Below the pieces are notes generated by a model. That model was not told where the DNA came from, did no database searches, and saw only the letters and a list, made by a program, of their open reading frames with translations. A program made the translations under genes and the position numbers. 64,000 bases of DNA from Burkholderiales bacterium. GTDB taxonomy: Bacteria > Pseudomonadota > Gammaproteobacteria > Burkholderiales > JACQAP01. The stretch is from contig DATENC010000020.1 of NCBI GenBank assembly GCA_035275265.1, positions 158,744 to 222,743 of the forward strand. Reading direction: 5' to 3'. Positions 49,529-58,262 of the stretch are shown in pieces (the first letter of the stretch is position 1; each line of letters opens with the position of its first letter).

Positions 49529-50812
49529 TTACTGGCTGACCCGATTGCGCCCCAATTCTTTTGCGCGATAGAGCGCTTGGTCGGCAGCCCTAATCACCTT
49601 TGGCGGCGAGTTTAGATACTCATCGCGTTCGGCTACACCGACACTGACGGTAATCGACAGATTCTGGTCTGGCTTGCGGAACGCGCGCACGTTCGATCCG
49701 GGCCGCGGATTCCTGGGTGTCCCCGCGGTGGAACGCCGGTCGTTGCCAGGGCGGAAGTCACCACGCCGATCGTCGGTACGGACTGCCATTCTGTAGGTCT
49801 CGATGCTGTACCGAAGAGTCTCCAGATGAGGCAGCGCCTCCTTCGCGGTCTGGTCGAAGAACAAGACCACGAATTCCTCGCCACCGTAGCGGAATGCCTT
49901 GCCGCCCCCGTCGAGTTTGGCAAGCCGCGCCCCCACCAATTTCAGCACATGGTCGCCGATGTCGTGACCGTGCGTGTCGTTGAATTTCTTGAAGTGATCC
50001 ACGTCCACCATCGCAATGGCATAGACCGGTCCCAGACCCACCAACCGCTCCTCGAGCGCACGCCGGCCGGGCAGGCCGGTAAGTTCATCGTGGAACGCCA
50101 TACGGTGCGACTCCTGCAGCACGGCCATCAACAGGATGGCGCCCGCTGCTGAGACAAAGGCCGCAAACATGCCCGGCACAGTGGGCCATTGGCATGCCAC
50201 GAAAAACGCGACCACTGCGCCCGCCAAGCCTATGTCGAGTGGCGAATTCTGCTTCCACGCGTTGTACGCCGCAACCGCGAACGCCGCGGCCATGAGAACC
50301 CGTCCGAGAAACGGCGCCGGTGCCGGCCGGATCAGCCAGTGCTCCAGCATTGCGTGCCACGCCGTTCCCGATAGGGCACTCTTTCCCGCACCTGCCACCC
50401 ATGCCGTAAGCAGAATCTGCGTGATCAGCAGCAGCAGCCAGCGGTAGTTGTGGAAATGGGACATGCCGCGTTCCTCCATCCGCAAGGCAATTAGCATGTT
50501 GAGAGGCACGAATACTGCGAGGGCCGCAAATACCGCCCGGCTGGCGAAATTGACCGAGTGCGGACCTTGTGCCAACTGGTAGCCGATGAACGCAATGAGC
50601 AGGGATACGAGTACGATGAACGCCCGGCCGCGGTTGAACCAGAGGCTGATCGAAGCACCGACCAGGAGCACCGTGTAGGGTCCGAAAACGCCGAAGCCGG
50701 CGAATGACACCGGTAACCTTTGCCCGATCGCAACTGCCAACGCTGCGGCGACGATGATCGCCGCCGGCATGATCAGCGGGCTCAGCGCTCGCAGTTGGGC
50801 GGTGGCAATCAC
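49529..50812 (-). CDS. membrane-bound diguanylate cyclase (GGDEF)
   Basis: ~7 N-terminal TM segments, then 'HDELTGLPGRRAL', 'DVDHFKKFNDTHGH..GD.VL', 'RYGGEEFVVLF'. Confidence 0.85.
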   Translation of the reverse strand: MIATAQLRALSPLIMPAAIIVAAALAVAIGQRLPVSFAGFGVFGPYTVLLVGASISLWFNRGRAFIVLVSLLIAFIGYQLAQGPHSVNFASRAVFAALAVFVPLNMLIALRMEERGMSHFHNYRWLLLLITQILLTAWVAGAGKSALSGTAWHAMLEHWLIRPAPAPFLGRVLMAAAFAVAAYNAWKQNSPLDIGLAGAVVAFFVACQWPTVPGMFAAFVSAAGAILLMAVLQESHRMAFHDELTGLPGRRALEERLVGLGPVYAIAMVDVDHFKKFNDTHGHDIGDHVLKLVGARLAKLDGGGKAFRYGGEEFVVLFFDQTAKEALPHLETLRYSIETYRMAVRTDDRRGDFRPGNDRRSTAGTPRNPRPGSNVRAFRKPDQNLSITVSVGVAERDEYLNSPPKVIRAADQALYRAKELGRNRVSQ

Positions 50813-51069
50813 AACAGATCAGTTACGGGCGAAGAACGGAACTCGGGGAAAACGGAACTGGGTGCACGCAGAAGCAACAAAGAAATGATTCACGGAACTC
50901 ATGATCCCGACACCGTACCATCTTGTTGCAATATGAATGAATCATACCGCCGATTGGGGAACCGGGCATGTGCAATCCGCCCTGCCGTGCGGCCACCTGA
51001 AAGCGCGTCGCGGGTCCGGGAGCGCCCGGAGTTTAGGAGTTAAACTCGGGCATATCCCGGGCCGCTCAC

Positions 51070-52422
51070 ATGTTTGCCGATCCGCTCCTCCTCGCCAGGG
51101 CCCAGTTCGGGCTCAATATCTCGTTCCACATCCTGTTTCCGAGCATCACCATCGCGCTTGCCTGGGTGCTGGCATACCTGCGCGTGCGTATCGGTCGCGG
51201 CGGCGAAGCGTGGTTTGCGCACGCCTACCGCCTGTGGGTCAAGGTATTCGCACTGTCGTTCGCGTTGGGAGTGGTGTCGGGCATCACGATGAGCTTTCAG
51301 TTCGGCACCAACTGGCCGGGCTTCATGCAGAAAGCCGGGAACATTGCCGGTCCCCTGCTGGGTTACGAGGTACTGACCGCATTTTTCCTCGAGGCGACTT
51401 TCCTCGGCGTGATGCTGTTCGGCCGCGACCGCGTGCCGGGTTGGATGCACACGGCCTCGGCATTTCTGGTGGCGATCGGCACATCGGCGTCGGCGTTCTG
51501 GATCCTGGCGCTCAATTCCTGGATGCAGACACCCCAGGGATTCGAAATCATCGACGGGCAACTGCATGCGGCCGACTGGTGGTCGGTCATCTTCAACCCG
51601 AGCTTTCCGTACCGGCTGACGCATATGATGATCGCCTCCGGGCTGACGGCGGCGTTCCTGATCGCGGGCATCTCGGCATTGCAGTTGCTGCGCAAGTCGC
51701 AGTTCGAACCGGCACGCCGGATGCTGCGGATGGGAATCGTGATTGCGGCGGTCCTGACGCCGGTGCAGATCCTGGTGGGTGACCTGCATGGACTCAACAC
51801 CCTCGAGCACCAGCCGGCGAAGATTGCCGCCATCGAAGGCATCTGGGAATCCGACCGCAATGTGCCGTTACTGCTCTTCGCGCTCCCGAACCACGCGGAG
51901 CGGCGTAACGACTACGCAGTCGCAATTCCTGGTGTTACCAGTCTGATTTTGACGCACAAGTTCGACGGTGAGGTAAAGGGTCTTTCCGAGTTCGGCGACA
52001 GACATCCGCCGGTGGCGCCGGTGTTCTGGAGTTTCCGCGTCATGGTTGGCGTTGGCGTGCTGATGCTGGCGCTGTCGTGGTTGGGCGCTTTTTATCTGGT
52101 GCGTCGACGCGCGATTCCGCGTCGGCTTCTGCAGGGGTTTGCCGCCATGACATTCTCGGGATGGGTGGCGGTGCTCGCGGGCTGGCTTACCGCCGAGATC
52201 GGGCGCCAGCCCTACGTGGTGTACGGCGTGATCACGACCGCCGAAACTGCTTCTGACGTGCCGGCTCCGTATATTGCCGTGACGCTCTTTAGCTATCTGC
52301 TTGTGTATTCGCTGCTGTTGATTTCATACATGGTGGTGGTGACCCAGTTGGCAGTGAAGGATGCAGCCGGAGAGAAGCCGCCGGAGTTGGTGAATCCTTC
52401 GTTTCAATCAAGGACCACCTGA
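51070..52422 (+). CDS. cydA: cytochrome bd-type quinol oxidase subunit I (short form, CIO-like length)
   Basis: 'LLLARAQFGLNISFHILFPSITI', 'GNIAGPLLGYEVLTAFFLEATFLG', 'WMQTP.G'. At 450 aa it is shorter than E. coli CydA. Confidence 0.9.
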   Translation: MFADPLLLARAQFGLNISFHILFPSITIALAWVLAYLRVRIGRGGEAWFAHAYRLWVKVFALSFALGVVSGITMSFQFGTNWPGFMQKAGNIAGPLLGYEVLTAFFLEATFLGVMLFGRDRVPGWMHTASAFLVAIGTSASAFWILALNSWMQTPQGFEIIDGQLHAADWWSVIFNPSFPYRLTHMMIASGLTAAFLIAGISALQLLRKSQFEPARRMLRMGIVIAAVLTPVQILVGDLHGLNTLEHQPAKIAAIEGIWESDRNVPLLLFALPNHAERRNDYAVAIPGVTSLILTHKFDGEVKGLSEFGDRHPPVAPVFWSFRVMVGVGVLMLALSWLGAFYLVRRRAIPRRLLQGFAAMTFSGWVAVLAGWLTAEIGRQPYVVYGVITTAETASDVPAPYIAVTLFSYLLVYSLLLISYMVVVTQLAVKDAAGEKPPELVNPSFQSRTT

Positions 52423-52431
52423 GGACGTTCG

Positions 52432-53421
52432 ATGGATCTGCCTCTGATATTTGCGGTGCTCATGGGCCTGGCAATCCTCGCGTACGTCATTCTGGACGGC
52501 TTCGATCTCGGCGTCGGCATTCTCATGCCGTTTGCCAGCCCCGGCGAGCAGGACATGATGGTGGCCTCTATCGGTCCGTTCTGGGACGCCAACGAAACCT
52601 GGCTGGTACTCGGCGTCGGCATTTTGCTGGTCGCGTTTCCGCTCGCCCACGGCGTAATCCTGACGTCGTTGTATCTGCCGGTAGCCATGATGCTGATTGG
52701 TTTGATTCTGCGCGGTGTGGCATTCGAACTCCGTGCCAAGGCCACGGGCTGGCACCAACAGGTATGGAACCGGCTGTTCTTCGTGGGTTCGGTTGGAGCC
52801 GCACTCGCGCAGGGCATGATGCTGGGTGGTGTCGTCACCGGATTCAAGCCCGGCGGACTGTTCGTCGCTTTTGAATTTCTTGTCGGCCTGGGGCTGGCCG
52901 GTGGCTATGCACTCCTGGGTTCGACCTGGCTGGTGATCAAGACCGAAGGTGATTTGCAGACGAAGGCATTGCGCTGGGCCAGGACCGCGATGTTTTTCGC
53001 GGCGGCCGGTGTCGCGGCGATCAGCCTCGCCACCCCGTTCGCCAGCGAGAGCATCATGGAAAAATGGTTCGTGTGGCCGCTCGTCCTGTGGCTCTCGCCG
53101 TTGCCGATCCTTACCGCAGCAGCATTCGCCGGCATTCTGATTGGATTGAACCGCCTGCAACGCGGCCAAACCCGGCGTGAGTACCTGCCCTTTGTTTTGG
53201 CGGTATGGATCTTCGTATTTTCATTCGCGGGCCTGGCCTACAGCCTGTTCCCGTACCTGGTGCTCGACCGGCTGACGATCTGGCAGGCCGCGGCGGCGGA
53301 GTCGTCGCTCAAGTTCGTGTTCGTCGGCACCTGCGTGGTATTGCCGATGATTGTCGCTTACACGCTGTTTTCCTACCGCGTGTTCTGGGGGAAGGCCCGT
53401 TCACTCACGTACGGGGACTAG
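52432..53421 (+). CDS. cydB: cytochrome bd-type quinol oxidase subunit II
   Basis: 'LILDGFDLGVGIL', 'GPFWDANETWLV'. It follows cydA after 9 nt. Confidence 0.9.
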   Translation: MDLPLIFAVLMGLAILAYVILDGFDLGVGILMPFASPGEQDMMVASIGPFWDANETWLVLGVGILLVAFPLAHGVILTSLYLPVAMMLIGLILRGVAFELRAKATGWHQQVWNRLFFVGSVGAALAQGMMLGGVVTGFKPGGLFVAFEFLVGLGLAGGYALLGSTWLVIKTEGDLQTKALRWARTAMFFAAAGVAAISLATPFASESIMEKWFVWPLVLWLSPLPILTAAAFAGILIGLNRLQRGQTRREYLPFVLAVWIFVFSFAGLAYSLFPYLVLDRLTIWQAAAAESSLKFVFVGTCVVLPMIVAYTLFSYRVFWGKARSLTYGD

Positions 53422-53422
53422 A

Positions 53423-53525
53423 GACGAGGGATGAGGGAAGAGGGGCGAGGGAACGGCAAGAACCGGAAATAAAGTCTTGAGAAACCATGTATAGACTCAC
53501 CGCTCATCCCTCGTCCCTCATCCCC
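53423..53525. repeat. hairpin-forming tandem heptamer repeat (GAGGGAN / CTCNTCC) between convergent genes
   Basis: Left arm 53423-53456: GACGAGGGATGAGGGAAGAGGGGCGAGGGAACGG. Right arm 53500-53525: CCGCTCATCCCTCGTCCCTCATCCCC. GACGAGGGATGAG and CTCATCCCTCGTC form a perfect 13-bp stem. The element starts 2 nt after the cydB TAG. Confidence 0.85.
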
Positions 53526-53536
53526 AAAATTGTTTC

Positions 53537-53920
53537 CTACGGCAATTTGATTTTTCCCCCGGGCCCGCCGAGTCCTGGCGGGATGCCTTCGGGGATGACG
53601 ATCGAGGAACTGGCTTGGCGGCGCATTTCCTGAAGCTCCCTGACCGCACGCTCGACCGCGACCTGGGCGACTTCGGCGAATTTCGCCGCGGCATTGCCGA
53701 GCGAGTCGGCCTCGATCTCGAAAGCCAGCGGTATTGCGCCGACCGGCGTCATGAGCTGGGTTTCGCCGACGTAAATGATCTTGCGTCCGGCGTCGGTCGC
53801 GCCGTCGTTTTTAACTGGGGTCATGACGCGAATCGTGCCGACCTTTCGATCGGTGAAGACCTCCTCGCGATAAAGATTCGCGGGGTCCATTTTCAGTTCG
53901 GGTAGGTTGTCTGCGGCCAT
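53537..53920 (-). CDS. hypothetical cytoplasmic protein
   Basis: 127-aa ORF with an ATG start and balanced composition ('EEVFTDRKVGTIRVMTPV...IIYVGETQLMTPVGAIPLAFEIEA'). Family not recognised. Confidence 0.55.
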   Translation of the reverse strand: MAADNLPELKMDPANLYREEVFTDRKVGTIRVMTPVKNDGATDAGRKIIYVGETQLMTPVGAIPLAFEIEADSLGNAAAKFAEVAQVAVERAVRELQEMRRQASSSIVIPEGIPPGLGGPGGKIKLP

Positions 53921-54044
53921 GGCGAAATTCCTGTGCGTGCGTGTTGAACGACGACGAAATTATCCCATGACTTTGCTCCACCGTGACCGTTGAAGGCGGG
54001 AAGGGCGCTACACTTCTGCAGCACCCGTCACCTGTCACTACTCC

Positions 54045-54890
54045 GTGCTCGCCTACCGACATCTTTTTCATGCCGGCAACTTTGCCGATGTATTCAAGCA
54101 CTCGCTGCTGACGCAGCTTGCGCTCGTGCTGGAAAAGAAGGACAAGCCATTCTTCGTGCTCGATACGCACGCCGGGATTGGGCTCTACGACCTGACGCAC
54201 CCCTGGGCACAGAAGAACGCGGAACACAAGGACGGGATCGCGCTGCTTTGGGACCGCAAGGACGTACCCAACACGCTGATACCGTATCTTGAGGCGGTCC
54301 GCGCGGAGAATGTGAACGGTGGGCTGCGCTTCTATCCCGGCTCGCCGCGCATCGTACGCCGGTTCCTTCGACCGAACGACCGCATGGTCCTGATCGAACT
54401 CAACAGGAAGGACTGCGAGGAACTGGAGACGCTATTTCGTGGCGACAGGCAAGTGATGTTGCGCATGATGGATGGCTACCAGGCACTCAGGGCCTTTCTT
54501 CCGCCCAAGGAACGCCGCGGGTTGGTTTTTATCGATTCCTCCTTCGATCGCGCGCAGGAATTCAGGCGCCTGACCGAAGGCCTCGTCGAGGCTCATCGGC
54601 GGTTCGCGACCGGGGTGTACGGGCTTTGGTATCCGCTGATGGAACCGACTGCGATGCGGGGATTCGAACGTGGAATGATCGCAACCGGCATACCCAAGAT
54701 TTTGCAATTGGAACTCGCGGTGATGCCCGATGACTGGGGTGGACACATGCGCGGCTGCGGGCTACTGGTTGTGAACCCGCCGTTCGGATTCGAGGAAATC
54801 GCGCGGTCCATACTCGACTGGCTTTGGCCGGTACTGTCGCCAGACCGGGATGGCGGACATGCTGTGAAGTGGCTGGCGGGGGAAGGTTAA
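54045..54890 (+). CDS. rlmJ: 23S rRNA (adenine2030-N6)-methyltransferase
   Basis: GTG start. 'MLAYRHLFHAGNFADVFKHSLL' closely mirrors the E. coli RlmJ N-terminus. 'YPGSP', 'LIDPSFE'-like 'FIDSSFD', 'VNPPF'. Confidence 0.85.
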   Translation: MLAYRHLFHAGNFADVFKHSLLTQLALVLEKKDKPFFVLDTHAGIGLYDLTHPWAQKNAEHKDGIALLWDRKDVPNTLIPYLEAVRAENVNGGLRFYPGSPRIVRRFLRPNDRMVLIELNRKDCEELETLFRGDRQVMLRMMDGYQALRAFLPPKERRGLVFIDSSFDRAQEFRRLTEGLVEAHRRFATGVYGLWYPLMEPTAMRGFERGMIATGIPKILQLELAVMPDDWGGHMRGCGLLVVNPPFGFEEIARSILDWLWPVLSPDRDGGHAVKWLAGEG

Positions 54891-54981
54891 AGGAATGGCG
54901 AGTGCCAATTCAGGGCAGGGCTGCCCCGCAATAGGGCGTAATTGATACGGAATCAGCGGCAAAACGGGGCATTGCGGGGGC

Positions 54982-55323
54982 ATGAACGGGGTTTTGCCAC
55001 GCCTGCCAGTGGGTCTGTTTCTTGCGACAGTGAAGGCAAGATCGAAGAAACCCTTACTTGTTGCCCGAGTCGCGGGAGGAGCTCCGGGTCGGAACCCGAC
55101 TGTGGATCATGCCTCCATTGTTGTGCTCGTGACCGATCTGTTGACCGCCATCCACCTGTTGTCAGGCTACCCAGCAGTTCCCGTCCAGCCGGAATTCATC
55201 GGTTGCCGCATGCGTCGCTCCATCGTAGATGATCCGATCGACTTATGGCCAGGCACCGCCGCCAACTACACCGGTGAAACGCTATTCCGATCAAATGCCT
55301 GCAATAGGAACGAACCAGGCTGA
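54982..55323 (+). pseudogene. truncated/degenerate member of the HExxH paralogue array (N-terminal module only)
   Basis: It contains 'IVVLVTDLLTAIHLLSGYPAVPVQPEF', homologous to the N-termini of the three downstream paralogues, but no HExxH block. A possible GTG start lies at 55102. It ends at a TGA that is in frame with the next paralogue. Confidence 0.35.
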
Positions 55324-55350
55324 GGAGATCCCATAGACCAGTCTTCATTG

Positions 55351-55770
55351 ATGTCGCTGATGCTCGAGTTGTTCACGGCCATCAGGCTCGTATCCGGATA
55401 TCCCAGTCCGGAAGTGGTCCCGCAAATCCAGCGCCTCTCGGTAGTGGAAATGCAGCAGAAGATCTGCGGCGGCCGCGCGTGCAAGGTCAAGGCCTTTTAC
55501 CACCCGGAGTGGGGCGTCTATGTGGACGAGGCGCTCGACATCCAGAACGATGCTTTTGACCGCTCGGTCCTCCTGCACGAACTGGTGCATCACCTGCAGA
55601 AGGCTACGGGCAAATTCGACGCGGTACCGAACTTTTGCGTACGGCGTAACGCCCAGGAACTGGAGGCCTACGAGATCCAGAACCGATACCTTTCCAGCCA
55701 GGGGGCAACACGTCGCGCCTTCGTCATGGGCTGGTCGGGAAAGTGCAAAGACGAGGACACTGGACTGTGA
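55351..55770 (+). CDS. small HExxH protein, paralogue 2 (putative minimal zinc metallopeptidase, unplaced family)
   Basis: 'LMLELFTAIRLVSGYPSP', 'C..RAC.VKAFYHPEWGVYVDEALD', 'FDRSVLLHELVHHLQ', 'C.RRNAQELEAYEIQNRYL'. Confidence 0.6.
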   Translation: MSLMLELFTAIRLVSGYPSPEVVPQIQRLSVVEMQQKICGGRACKVKAFYHPEWGVYVDEALDIQNDAFDRSVLLHELVHHLQKATGKFDAVPNFCVRRNAQELEAYEIQNRYLSSQGATRRAFVMGWSGKCKDEDTGL

Positions 55771-55951
55771 TTGGGCCAGGATCTGTCTTCGGGGTGCTCT
55801 GGCAGGGGAAAGCCGGGCCGCCCCTTACGAAACCTGTTGAAAAATCGAACTTTTTTCGACGGATTGTTGCCTCACTTGTATCATGCCGCACAAATAACCC
55901 TTTAACTTCGAATGCCCGGATGGCGGAGGGACGCCGGGTGGGAGAGTCCCC

Positions 55952-56398
55952 ATGGACCCTGCCTCTTTGTCGTCTTTAGTCGCCGAGCTCTTCGTAGTCA
56001 TCCAGTTGCTGTCTGGTTATGCACCGCCGACGGTGCCGCCCGTGGTTCATCGGGTGCCGCAAACCGTTATCCAGGAGATGTTCTGCCTGCGGCCGTGTCC
56101 CGTGCGAGCAGCCTATGACGCCACACGAGGGGTGTTCATCGATGAAGACCTCGACGTCGCGAACAACACCTTCCATCGTTCCATCCTGGTCCATGAGCTG
56201 GTTCACCACGCGCAGGCCGTGAGCGGCCGTTTCGATATCGGGACGAGCGATTGCATGCGACGCAACCTCGCGGAACAGGAAGCCTATTTCATCCAGAACA
56301 CTTACCTGATGGGAATGAACAGCGCGAGCCGCGTATCGATGTCGGGCTGGGCGGCGCGCTGCGTTGACGCAGAAGTGCCAACGCCTACGCGGCATTGA
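55952..56398 (+). CDS. small HExxH protein, paralogue 3
   Basis: GGGAGAG RBS. 'SLSSLVAELFVVIQLLSGYAPP', 'FHRSILVHELVHHAQ', 'CMRRNLAEQEAYFIQNTYL'. Confidence 0.65.
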   Translation: MDPASLSSLVAELFVVIQLLSGYAPPTVPPVVHRVPQTVIQEMFCLRPCPVRAAYDATRGVFIDEDLDVANNTFHRSILVHELVHHAQAVSGRFDIGTSDCMRRNLAEQEAYFIQNTYLMGMNSASRVSMSGWAARCVDAEVPTPTRH

Positions 56399-56539
56399 CG
56401 GTTTCCTAACCGGATATGGCTTGAATCTTGCATGATTAGGCAGTAACGGCGTCACAACGGGCAATACAACAGGCAAATAACACACGCAATACAACGGTCC
56501 CGCGCATTCGGGGGAGAGCGGGGGGCCAAAGGAACAACA

Positions 56540-56962
56540 ATGGGCGAATCTTCCCTTTCTTCCCTGGTCGTTGAACTTTTTACAACGATCCACTTGCTCG
56601 CAGGCTATCCCGTGCCCGAAAGAGGTCCGGAAATCCACATCGTTCCCCATGCGGTGATAGAGGAAAAAATCTGCCGGAGCCAGTGCAGGCGCATAAAGGC
56701 GTTCTACCACCCGGACTGGGGTGTGTATTTGGACGAATCTCTCGACCTAGCGGGGGACGCTTTCGATCGATCAATTCTTCTGCATGAACTCATGCACTAC
56801 GTTCAGCATTCTGCAGGCGCGTACGAAACGCTGCCGTCGGACTGCGAACGCCGGAACGCCGAAGAGCACGAAGCCTACAAGGTCCAGAACAAGTACCTCG
56901 CGGCCATCGATGATCTGCGCAGAGTCCCAGTCGGGGCATGGATGCGTGCTTGCAGGCACTGA
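56540..56962 (+). CDS. small HExxH protein, paralogue 4
   Basis: AAAGGAA RBS. 'SLSSLVVELFTTIHLLAGYPVP', 'KAFYHPDWGVYLDESLD', 'FDRSILLHELMHYVQ', 'CERRNAEEHEAYKVQNKYL'. Confidence 0.65.
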   Translation: MGESSLSSLVVELFTTIHLLAGYPVPERGPEIHIVPHAVIEEKICRSQCRRIKAFYHPDWGVYLDESLDLAGDAFDRSILLHELMHYVQHSAGAYETLPSDCERRNAEEHEAYKVQNKYLAAIDDLRRVPVGAWMRACRH

Positions 56963-56975
56963 GGCAGGCACGACT

Positions 56976-57440
56976 TTACGTTTCGCCCTTCGCTGTTTTT
57001 CTCGCCCGTTGCCGGGCTAGCATGGCTTCCGTGTTCGTGACGTAGAGCAAGTGAGCGATCTTGCGCACGAAGTGATCCTCGTACGTATCCAGGTCGCGGT
57101 CGGCAAAGGCCACTCGCCACAGGTGTTCGATCAGGGCAATGCGGCTTTCCATCGGCAATAAACGCTTGATGATGGATACTGGGCCGAAGTAAGAAGTAAA
57201 GCGGTGCGCCCTAACCTCATCGAGCAAAGCCAGTGCATCACGCTCCCCCAAATCGAACATCGCCATCAGCGCGACGTTTGCGGTGCTTGATTCTTCGGGC
57301 CTTTCGTTCAGGTCTGTGCGGATCATCTCGTGCAGTAACCCCGCCACTGCAACTTGCAACTGCCGGGTTCCGGATTCGATCGGATTTGCCAGGTCCGACG
57401 CGGACGCGCCGGAAAGGAGTTTCTTGAGCGCGCCGAGCAT
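56976..57440 (-). CDS. TerB-family (tellurite-resistance-like) protein
   Basis: 154 aa. 'LQVAVAGLLHEMIRTD', 'RIALIEHLWRVAFADRDLDTYEDHFVRKIAHLL' fits the TerB helical-bundle pattern. Confidence 0.65.
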   Translation of the reverse strand: MLGALKKLLSGASASDLANPIESGTRQLQVAVAGLLHEMIRTDLNERPEESSTANVALMAMFDLGERDALALLDEVRAHRFTSYFGPVSIIKRLLPMESRIALIEHLWRVAFADRDLDTYEDHFVRKIAHLLYVTNTEAMLARQRARKTAKGET

Positions 57441-57507
57441 ACGCAGACGGGTCGTTACGGAGCCTGCAGTTGGTGCCCTAATCTTTCCGCGAAGCGACGG
57501 GCGGCTT

Positions 57508-58125
57508 TCAGCCCGTTACTTTCATTCCTCTTTGAACCCCCGGTCGTGAGCCAATTGCCGCGCCCCAGCGTCGCAAATCGGCGAGTCCGCCGTCTTCGTC
57601 GATCAGCGCCTTCCGCGCCGCAAAGTTCGGATACAGCATGATATCGGCAACGGAAAACTCGTCCGCGAGATATTCGCGCGTTGCCAAGCGCGCATTACAC
57701 GCTGCGAAAAAGCCCAGCAGGCGTTGCTTGAAATAGTCGCTGTTCGCGGCAATCTTTTCCGGAACACTCGTTTCCATGCGAAATATCGTGCCGCTCGTAC
57801 CGGCAATGTCGCTCGCCGCCTGCATCATCCACTGCATGGCGTGCGCGCGTCGTGCGGCGTCCTTCGGCAGGAATTTGCCGGATTTCTCCGCGGCATAAAG
57901 GATGATCGCTCCCGACTGCGAAAGCGTGAGTGGCTTGCCGCTAGGGCCGTCCGGGTCGACGATTACAGGAATCAGACCGGCAGGATTGAGCTTCAGAAAT
58001 TCGGGGGTGCGCTGTTCGCCCTTGGCAAGGTCGACCTTGCGGGTCCGATAAGGCAGGCCGGTTTCCTCCAATGCTACTGCGGCGCGAAGCCCGTTGGCGG
58101 TCGGCGCAAAGTAAAGTTCGATCAT
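57508..58125 (-). CDS. glutathione S-transferase
   Basis: 'MIELYFAPTANGLRAAVALEETGLPY', 'F..LNP.G.IPVIVD', 'L.QSGAI..Y'. Confidence 0.85.
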   Translation of the reverse strand: MIELYFAPTANGLRAAVALEETGLPYRTRKVDLAKGEQRTPEFLKLNPAGLIPVIVDPDGPSGKPLTLSQSGAIILYAAEKSGKFLPKDAARRAHAMQWMMQAASDIAGTSGTIFRMETSVPEKIAANSDYFKQRLLGFFAACNARLATREYLADEFSVADIMLYPNFAARKALIDEDGGLADLRRWGAAIGSRPGVQRGMKVTG

Positions 58126-58262
58126 GCGGCTGTCTCCGTTGTTGTCGAGGCCGCAGTTTACCGCGACTCATTGGTTTGGGCGCCCATTCGCGCATTGGCG
58201 ACTGCGAGCCTCGCTGTTCGCAGGTAGAATTTTGACGGAGTTCCGATCACCAGAGAAAGTCG

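Noticed and set aside
50813-51069. FNR/Anr box upstream of cydA, as expected for bd oxidases.
   Set aside because: I scanned for TTGAT-N4-ATCAA on both strands and found only weak half-site resemblance, so no site is called.
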